Origin: Desulfatiglandales bacterium
GTDB taxonomy: Bacteria; Desulfobacterota; DSM-4660; Desulfatiglandales; Desulfatiglandaceae
Length of the DNA stretch: 64,000 nucleotides
Assembly: GCA_963662465.1 (NCBI GenBank)
Contig: OY759599.1
Location: forward strand, 128,001 to 192,000
Direction: 5' to 3'
Shown: in pieces, positions 57,259-64,000 of the stretch
Layout: each line of letters starts with the position of its first letter
Position numbering within the stretch: the stretch's first letter is position 1
Notes under the pieces: model-generated
What the model was told of the DNA's origin: nothing
Databases searched by the model: none
The model's input: only the letters and a program-made list of their open reading frames with translations
Made by a program: the position numbers and the translations under genes

Positions 57259-58482
57259 ATGTATGAGTTATTTTTAGGGATCAGGTATCTGAAAGCCAAG
57301 CGGAAACAGCGCTTTATTTCGGTGATTACCATTATTTCGGTGTTGGGCGTGATGGTAGGCGTTATGGCGCTGGTGGTGGTGCTTTCCGTGATGAATGGCT
57401 TCAGATCGGATCTCATGAGCAAGATATTGGGTGTGAATGCCCATGTCCTGGTGTTGAACCTCAGCGGAACCTTCAGCGGATACCAGCCGGTAGCCGAGAA
57501 GGTGGAAAAAATGGATGGGGTGGTGGCTGTAACCCCTTTTGTTTATACCCAGGTGATGCTCAATAACGCGGGAAGGGTTTCAGGCGCCGTGTTGCGGGGA
57601 ATTGACCCGAAAACCGCGGCGAGAGTGGTCAGTTTTGACGCAATGATTAAGGAAGGGTCCCTGTCGTCCCTGGATGAGACTGAAAAGGGCGTTCCCGGCA
57701 TGATTATCGGAAGTGAGTTGGCCAAGCAGATCGGCGCCGCCCCGGGAAGTCTGGTGACGGTGATTTCACCCGAAGGAAAATTGACCCCCTTAGGTAGGAC
57801 GCCCAACACCCAAAGGTTCAAAGTGACTGCCATTTTTGATTCCGGCATGTATGAATACGATGCCTCCATGGTCTATATTTCTCTGAAGGAGGCACAACGG
57901 TTTCTGGCGCTGGGCGACAGCGTGACGGGACTTGAGCTTAACGTCAAAGAGGTTTACCAGTCGGACGTTATCGCAAAAAAAATTCAGAAGGAATTGGGTT
58001 ATCCCTATTGGACCAAAGACTGGAAACTCATGAATCGAAGCCTTTTTTCAGCGCTGAAGCTTGAAAAACTTACCATGTTTGTCATTCTGACCATGATTGT
58101 TTTGGTGGGCGCCCTGAATATTATCAGCACGCTGGTGATGGTGGTGATGGAAAAGACGCGGGATGTTGCCATTCTGCGCGCCATGGGCGCCACCGCCAAA
58201 AGCATCATGAGCATTTTCATGTTCCAGGGGATTTTAGTGGGTATTGTCGGGACTGCCGCCGGTCTTTTATCGGGGCTTGGCATCTGCCATCTGTTGTCCC
58301 GATACAAGTTTATCAGCCTTCCATCGGATGTTTACTATATTTCCAAATTGCCGGTTCAAGTGGTGTTTTCCGATGTTGCCGTTGTCGCGGCCGCGGCGGT
58401 GGTCATTTCGTTTCTGGCCACCCTTTATCCGGCGTGGTATGCTTCAAGGCTGAATCCTGTGGAGTCCTTTCGGTATGAATGA
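57259..58482 (+). CDS. lolE: lipoprotein-releasing ABC transporter permease LolC/E
   Basis: VLSVMNGF, LVGALNIISTL, K-x-RDVAILRAMGA, ATLYPA. Confidence 0.93.
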   Translation: MYELFLGIRYLKAKRKQRFISVITIISVLGVMVGVMALVVVLSVMNGFRSDLMSKILGVNAHVLVLNLSGTFSGYQPVAEKVEKMDGVVAVTPFVYTQVMLNNAGRVSGAVLRGIDPKTAARVVSFDAMIKEGSLSSLDETEKGVPGMIIGSELAKQIGAAPGSLVTVISPEGKLTPLGRTPNTQRFKVTAIFDSGMYEYDASMVYISLKEAQRFLALGDSVTGLELNVKEVYQSDVIAKKIQKELGYPYWTKDWKLMNRSLFSALKLEKLTMFVILTMIVLVGALNIISTLVMVVMEKTRDVAILRAMGATAKSIMSIFMFQGILVGIVGTAAGLLSGLGICHLLSRYKFISLPSDVYYISKLPVQVVFSDVAVVAAAAVVISFLATLYPAWYASRLNPVESFRYE

Positions 58483-59194
58483 CAATTTAAATGGGGGCGT
58501 TTTATTGGTTGCGGGGTCTTCTCCTTCGCCCATGCTGGTTTTTGATGGGGTGAGCAAGTCTTTTGAACACCTGGGAAACACCATTGAGGTTCTGAAAGGG
58601 ATTGACCTTAACCTTTATCCTGCCGACAGCCTGTCCATTACCGGGGCGTCGGGAGTGGGAAAATCTACTTTTCTGAACATTATGGGAAGTCTGGATCCTC
58701 CCTCAGGCGGAACCGTTAAATTCGACGGTATCAACATTTATGAAATGGACCCGGCGGGTTTGTCCCGGTTAAGAAATAGAGACATCGGTTTTGTGTTCCA
58801 GTTTCATCATTTATTGCCTGAATTGAATGCATTGGAAAATGCGATGATGCCCGCCTTGATCGCCAGGCATTCGAAGAAACAGGCCATTGAAATGGCGACC
58901 GACGTGCTTTGCAAAGTGGGTCTTGAGATGCGGTTGACCCATCGGGCAGGCGAGCTCTCCGGCGGAGAGCAACAGCGTGTGGCCATTGCCCGGGCCCTGA
59001 TTATGAGTCCTAAGTTGATTTTGGGAGACGAGCCCACGGGAAATCTGGATTGGGCGACGGGTGAGGAGATTGCCGAGCTGTTGCTTCGTCTGAACCAGGA
59101 GGCGGGGGTGGCCATGGTGATCGCCACCCACAACCAGAGATTGGCGGAAAAGATGTCAAAAAAAATGGAGTTGGTTAATGGTCGAATTCGCTAG
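58475..59194 (+). CDS. lolD: lipoprotein-releasing ABC transporter ATPase
   Basis: GASGVGKST, GFVFQFHHLLPE, LSGGEQQR, DEPTGNLD. Confidence 0.93.
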   Translation: MNDNLNGGVLLVAGSSPSPMLVFDGVSKSFEHLGNTIEVLKGIDLNLYPADSLSITGASGVGKSTFLNIMGSLDPPSGGTVKFDGINIYEMDPAGLSRLRNRDIGFVFQFHHLLPELNALENAMMPALIARHSKKQAIEMATDVLCKVGLEMRLTHRAGELSGGEQQRVAIARALIMSPKLILGDEPTGNLDWATGEEIAELLLRLNQEAGVAMVIATHNQRLAEKMSKKMELVNGRIR

Positions 59195-61898
59195 GTGTGT
59201 TAGGCGTTTAAGCGTTCCCAATGTTTATGAATATGGGAGAAGGGTGAGCCTTTTCGTTCTTCAAAGCCTACTGGTTTTGATGGTCTTCTGTTTTGGGGTT
59301 TTCGATGCCTCGGCCCAGGAGAAGAAAGGAACCATTGGGATTTTGCCTTTTGAGATCAATGCACCGAAATCTTTTCAACATCTTCGGGAAGGATTGCAGA
59401 AAATGATCTCTTTTCGGATGGAACAAAACGGCTTTAACGTTGTCCCCCCCGAGACCATCAACCAAGACCCCATGGTTTTTTCAAAAGTGCTTCAAAATAC
59501 GGTGCTGGTTCGCCTGGGAAATCGGCTCAAGGCGGGGTGGATAGTGAAAGGCAGCATGACCCAGATCGGCGATAAGGGGAGTATTGACCTGAAAGTCGTT
59601 GATGTTTCGGGGAAGAAAATGCCTTTTTTTATTTTTCAGGTGGTCGAGGATATGGACGAGGTCCCCGAGTCGGTGAAGCGACTGGCATTGAGTCTTGAAG
59701 ATCGGATAACCGGTGTTCCCCAGGTGGATTCCATCCATGTGACGGGCAACCGGCGAATTGAAAAGGCAGCGGTGCTGGCCGTTGTGGGAACGCAGCCCGG
59801 GGACAGGATGGACCTTGATAAACTGGACAAGGATCTTCGCGATATTTACAAAATGGGCTTTTTCAAGGATGTCGCCATGGACGTGTCGGATGGTCCGGCG
59901 GGCAAGGTCATTACCTTCAATGTCGTTGAAAAGCCATCCGTAGGCAAGATCGTGTTCGTGGGAAATGATGAGGTGGATGACGAGGATCTGCAAAAAGAGC
60001 TGGGGATCAATCTCTATTCCATTTTGGATCTTAATACCATCAAGCAAAGCGTTAATCGCCTCAGGGACTTTTACAAGGAAAAGGGGTACTACAATGCCGA
60101 GATAACGGAAACGACGGAAACCCTTCCCAACAACGAGGTCCTTCTGAAATACGATGTCAAGGAACATGACAAGGTTTATATCCTGAAGATCGAATTCATG
60201 GGGAATAAAGCCTATGATAGCGATGATCTCAGGGACATCATGGAAACCAGTGAAAAATGGTTTCTTTCCTGGATCACCAAAGCAGGTATCCTGGATAAGA
60301 AAAAATTGGAGTTTGATGCCCATAAGATTACCAGCTTTTATCATAATCATGGTTACATCAAGGCCAGGGTAGGGGAACCGAAAGTCTATTATGACGACGA
60401 CATAAAAGGATTGGTGGTTTCTATTGAGATCAATGAAGGCGAGTGTTATGGGGTTGATAAGGTTAATGTCGCTGGGGATCTGATCGAGCCCGCCGATGTT
60501 CTTTTAAAAAAGGTCAACATCGGCAAGGAGAAGATTTTCAACCGGGAGACCGTTCGAAAAGACATGATCAGTTTGCAGGATGTATATGCCGATCAAGGCT
60601 ATGCTTACGCGGAGATCAAGCCAATCATCAATGAAGATGATGAAAAGCATATGGCCGATGTCACATATGATATCTCAAAAGGTCCCAAGGTCCGTTTTGA
60701 GCGGATCACCATTTCCGGAAACGAGCATTCGAGAGACAAGGTTATCCGGCGCGAGTTGAAGGTTATGGAGGGCGACTATTTCAGCGGAAAGGGCCTGAAG
60801 CGAAGCACTGAAAACCTCAAACGGCTCGGTTTTTTCGAGGATGTTCAGCTTCATACCAAAAAGGGCAGTCGCGACGACCTGATGGATTTGAATGTGGATG
60901 TGAAAGAGAAGGGCACGCGGACATTCAGTGTGGGCGCTGGATACAGTTCGGCCTATTCGGCATTCGTGACTTTTCAGGTTTCCGACGAAAACTTCATGGG
61001 ATATGGGCAACGGTTGAGCGCGTCGGCCAGAATCGGCGGGAAAAATACGGAATACGATATTCGCTTTCTGGAACCCTGGCTCTTTGATACGCGTCTGTCC
61101 TTTGGGGCTGATCTGTACAAGTGGACCCAGGAATACACGGACTATACCCGGGCCAGTTATGGCACTCGGATTTCCCTCGGGGCGCCGCTCTATTTCGACT
61201 ATACCCGTGGAACCCTCATGTACGGCTATGACAACGCCGATATCAGCGATGTTTCCTCCTCGGCATCTCAAACACTCTTGGATATGACCGGCAACAATGT
61301 GACCAGCAGTCTGACATTCCTGGTGAACCGGGACAGCCGGGATCGAACCTTTAATACGAGCCGGGGGTCCATCAACGAGGGATCCGTTCAGTATGCTGGG
61401 GGGATCCTCGCAGGCGATGAGCAGTTTACCAAGTATCGTTTGAGAACGGCGTGGTTTTTCCCCATGTTCTGGGACACGGTTTTTATGGTGCAGGGTCGAT
61501 GGGGTTATATTGAGGACCGGGGCAAACTTTCCGTTTATCAGAAGTTTTTTCTGGGCGGCATTAACACGGTTCGTGGCTATGATTATCAGACCATTTCCCC
61601 CGTCGATCCGGATACCGGCGATTATATCGGCGGTGAAAAGATGATGTGTTATAATGTGGAATACAGCTTTCCATTACTCACGGAACAGGGTGTGGTCGGG
61701 GTCGTGTTTTTTGATGCCGGTAATGTCTGGACATCCGCTGAAAATTATAATTTCAGTGGTCTCAAAAAATCGGTAGGGGGCGGAGTGCGATGGTATTCGC
61801 CGTTGGGTCCCCTTCGTCTGGAATATGGGTGGAAACTTGATAAGATGGAGGATGAGGGGGCGGGAAAATGGGAATTCAGTATGGGCGGTGTTATGTAA
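59178..61898 (+). CDS. bamA: outer membrane protein assembly factor with an extra N-terminal domain
   Basis: POTRA repeats, TVRGY, RWYSPLGPLR; start uncertain. Confidence 0.95.
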   Translation: MVEFARCVRRLSVPNVYEYGRRVSLFVLQSLLVLMVFCFGVFDASAQEKKGTIGILPFEINAPKSFQHLREGLQKMISFRMEQNGFNVVPPETINQDPMVFSKVLQNTVLVRLGNRLKAGWIVKGSMTQIGDKGSIDLKVVDVSGKKMPFFIFQVVEDMDEVPESVKRLALSLEDRITGVPQVDSIHVTGNRRIEKAAVLAVVGTQPGDRMDLDKLDKDLRDIYKMGFFKDVAMDVSDGPAGKVITFNVVEKPSVGKIVFVGNDEVDDEDLQKELGINLYSILDLNTIKQSVNRLRDFYKEKGYYNAEITETTETLPNNEVLLKYDVKEHDKVYILKIEFMGNKAYDSDDLRDIMETSEKWFLSWITKAGILDKKKLEFDAHKITSFYHNHGYIKARVGEPKVYYDDDIKGLVVSIEINEGECYGVDKVNVAGDLIEPADVLLKKVNIGKEKIFNRETVRKDMISLQDVYADQGYAYAEIKPIINEDDEKHMADVTYDISKGPKVRFERITISGNEHSRDKVIRRELKVMEGDYFSGKGLKRSTENLKRLGFFEDVQLHTKKGSRDDLMDLNVDVKEKGTRTFSVGAGYSSAYSAFVTFQVSDENFMGYGQRLSASARIGGKNTEYDIRFLEPWLFDTRLSFGADLYKWTQEYTDYTRASYGTRISLGAPLYFDYTRGTLMYGYDNADISDVSSSASQTLLDMTGNNVTSSLTFLVNRDSRDRTFNTSRGSINEGSVQYAGGILAGDEQFTKYRLRTAWFFPMFWDTVFMVQGRWGYIEDRGKLSVYQKFFLGGINTVRGYDYQTISPVDPDTGDYIGGEKMMCYNVEYSFPLLTEQGVVGVVFFDAGNVWTSAENYNFSGLKKSVGGGVRWYSPLGPLRLEYGWKLDKMEDEGAGKWEFSMGGVM

Positions 61899-62030
61899 TG
61901 CCTGAACGAAAACCTCGTTCAGGCACGGTTTTAAGTTTTAGGTTTTAAGTAAAAAAACGAAACTATATCAACTAGTTGTAAATGTCTAACGAAAATTGGA
62001 AAACTATATTTAGAGGTTTTCGTTCAGGCA
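61899..62030. mobile_element. MITE-like element
   Basis: 18-bp perfect IR TGCCTGAACGAAAACCTC (61899-61916 / 62013-62030). Confidence 0.7.
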
Positions 62031-62069
62031 CTAAGTTAAATGCCAAAATATATTATAGGGGGGATTAAA

Positions 62070-62594
62070 ATGAAAAAGTTTTTTTGTGTTTTGTTTTGCG
62101 GAGCGTTTTTGTTTTCCATGCAGTACACGGCGGCTTTGGCCGGGGATGTTAAGATTGGCGTGCTGGATATGAAGCGGCTTCAGCAGCGATCCGCTAATTT
62201 TCAGAAGATTCGGGAAGGGTTAAAGCAAACGTATAACGGGTTCCAAAAGAAGCTGGATGCCGAGAGAGAGCAAATCCAAAAGTTGGAAAAAGAGTTGCAG
62301 AAGCAGAGTATGATGCTGAGTCTTGACGCCAAGGAAGACAAGGAAATGGAGTTAGGGAAGCTGACTCGCCATTACAAATATATGGTGGGCGAAGTCACCC
62401 AGGAAATGAAAGATGCGGAATTCGAGGCTACTCGGAAAGTCGGTAAGGAGATTGAAAAGGTTGTTGAGAAGATCGGCAAAAAGGAAGGTTACACGGTTAT
62501 CCTGGAACAAGGCACCGTCGGGCTTGTCTATTACGATAATGCCATTGATATCACCGCCCAGGTGATCAAGGCCTACGACCAGATGAAGCAATAG
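62070..62594 (+). CDS. skp: OmpH/Skp periplasmic chaperone
   Basis: Signal peptide, KIGVLD, coiled coil, DIT-x-x-VIK; lies between bamA and lpxD. Confidence 0.92.
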   Translation: MKKFFCVLFCGAFLFSMQYTAALAGDVKIGVLDMKRLQQRSANFQKIREGLKQTYNGFQKKLDAEREQIQKLEKELQKQSMMLSLDAKEDKEMELGKLTRHYKYMVGEVTQEMKDAEFEATRKVGKEIEKVVEKIGKKEGYTVILEQGTVGLVYYDNAIDITAQVIKAYDQMKQ

Positions 62595-62605
62595 GGGAAG
62601 TTGTC

Positions 62606-63649
62606 GTGGAAATACCTTTAAAAAAAGTGGCCGAAATTGTGGCGGGGGAGTGTATCGGCGATGAAAATTTTACCGTTACGGGCATTAACTCTCTTGATCG
62701 GGCCAGTCCCTCTGAGATCTCTTTTTTTTCGGATCGCAGGTACGCTGAAGGTTTGAAAAAAACACGGGCCGGCGCATTGCTGGTTTCCGAGAAAAATGAG
62801 GTGTTCAAGGGGTTGCAGGTGGTGACCGCTCATGTGGAACTGGCCTATGCCCGGATTGCGGCGATTTTTGCCATGCCGCCCGCCCGATTCCCGGGGGTGA
62901 GTTCCGATGCCGTTGTCTGCAAAAACTGCTCTTTGGGAGAAGATGTGTCAATTTTCCCCATGGTGTATGTGGGCGAAGGGTCTGAAATTGACGATGGGGC
63001 CATTTTGTTTCCGGGGGTTTTTATCGGCGAAAGGGTTAAAATCGGCAAACGGAGTATTTTGTATCCCAATGTGACGGTTTTGCGGGATTGTATCATTGGA
63101 AATGATGTTATTATTCACGCCGGGACCACCATCGGAGGGGATGGGTTCGGTTTTGTAAGAGATGGCGCTGCTTCCGTCAAGATTCCACAGACCGGGATCG
63201 TCCGGATTGACGATCATGTGGAGATCGGCGCCAATAACTGTATTGATCGGGCTGCATTCGGTGAAACCTGGATTAAGCAGGGCGTCAAGACCGACAATCT
63301 GGTGCAGATCGCTCATAACGTGGTCATCGGCGAACATTCTATCATTGTGGCTCAGGCGGGGATCTCCGGGAGTTCCCGTTTGGGGCGGGGTGTGGTCATT
63401 GGGGGCCAGGTGGGGGTAATTGATCATACGGAAATTGGAGACGGGGCCATGGTGGGGTCTCAGTCGGGTGTGGCCAAGACGATTCCCCCCGGCGGCATCG
63501 TTTCCGGATCTCCTGCCATTGATCACCGTCTCTGGCTCAAGTCTGCGGCGATGATGGCCCGGCTGCCGCAATTGGGAGATCGTCTACGGCGCCTTGAGAA
63601 ACAAGTTCGGGAATTGGAAACCCGTCTTGGGGAACAGAGTGAAAAGTGA
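62606..63649 (+). CDS. lpxD: UDP-3-O-acylglucosamine N-acyltransferase
   Basis: Hexapeptide repeats, DGFGF, KIPQ-x-G, IDR, DNLVQIAHN. Confidence 0.97.
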   Translation: MEIPLKKVAEIVAGECIGDENFTVTGINSLDRASPSEISFFSDRRYAEGLKKTRAGALLVSEKNEVFKGLQVVTAHVELAYARIAAIFAMPPARFPGVSSDAVVCKNCSLGEDVSIFPMVYVGEGSEIDDGAILFPGVFIGERVKIGKRSILYPNVTVLRDCIIGNDVIIHAGTTIGGDGFGFVRDGAASVKIPQTGIVRIDDHVEIGANNCIDRAAFGETWIKQGVKTDNLVQIAHNVVIGEHSIIVAQAGISGSSRLGRGVVIGGQVGVIDHTEIGDGAMVGSQSGVAKTIPPGGIVSGSPAIDHRLWLKSAAMMARLPQLGDRLRRLEKQVRELETRLGEQSEK

Positions 63650-63685
63650 AGAGTGAAAAGTGAAAGGTAAGGAGTAACAGACCGA

Positions 63686-64000
63686 ATGGAACTTCCTTTG
63701 ACATATACGGAAATTACGAAAATTATTCCCCACCGCTATCCGTTTTTGATGGTGGACAAAATTATTGCGCTTGAGCCTTATAAAAGCGTTGTGGGCATCA
63801 AAAATGTAACGGCCAATGAACCCTTTTTTCAGGGGCATTTTCCGGGTGAACCCATCATGCCGGGTGTCCTCGTCATTGAGGCCATGGCCCAGGTTGGGGG
63901 GATTCTGGCGCGTTTGTCCATCCCCGGCGTCATGGAAAGAGAAGATGCCAATCCCATCCGTTTTGTGGCCATGGACAAGGTGAAATTCAGAAAACCGGTG
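63686..64000 (+). CDS. fabZ: 3-hydroxyacyl-ACP dehydratase (runs off the window)
   Basis: Manual translation: [11 protein letters not shown]...[31 protein letters not shown]. Confidence 0.97.
   Translation, partial: MELPLTYTEITKIIPHRYPFLMVDKIIALEPYKSVVGIKNVTANEPFFQGHFPGEPIMPGVLVIEAMAQVGGILARLSIPGVMEREDANPIRFVAMDKVKFRKPV

Noticed and set aside
59178..59720. Extra N-terminal domain of BamA as a novelty
   Set aside because: To my knowledge common in deltaproteobacterial BamA; ordinary core context.
52566..63838. Long antisense ORFs such as 54484-55341, 59481-60350 and 62948-63571
   Set aside because: Shadows of well-supported genes on the opposite strand.

Overview
Bacterial chromosomal window. 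The lysS-lolC/E-lolD-bamA-skp-lpxD-fabZ order and the IS/MITE types suggest Desulfobacterota (inference). About 1-51.9 kb is a mosaic accessory region and about 52.5-64 kb is core genome. (1) About 1-25.2 kb is an apparently integrated element. It carries an archaeal-type Orc1/Cdc6 initiator preceded by inverted ORB-like boxes around an AT-rich tract, a replication-relaxation protein, a HerA/FtsK-type ATPase, a Cas4-like nuclease, an OB-fold SSB-like protein, NrdD/NrdG, a nucleoside deoxyribosyltransferase, a DUF433/DUF5615 TA pair and two iteron-like arrays. (2) Inside it is an integron-type cassette array with no integrase in the window: three attC-like sites bound an HNH nuclease cassette, a Sir2-HerA defence cassette and an apparently non-coding cassette, inserted into a gene it truncates. 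(3) An atypical IS joins the 5'-truncated nrdD to the 5'-truncated integrase of a decaying P4/PICI-like satellite (AlpA, primase, TerS-like, iterons). (4) Next come an MqsR/MqsA-like TA with a third gene, a frameshifted DUF1156 + PLD/SNF2 restriction-like system, and nested IS1634, IS21-ParB and other IS remnants. No CRISPR array, rRNA or intact tRNA was seen. All family calls come from motif recognition by eye, not database searches.
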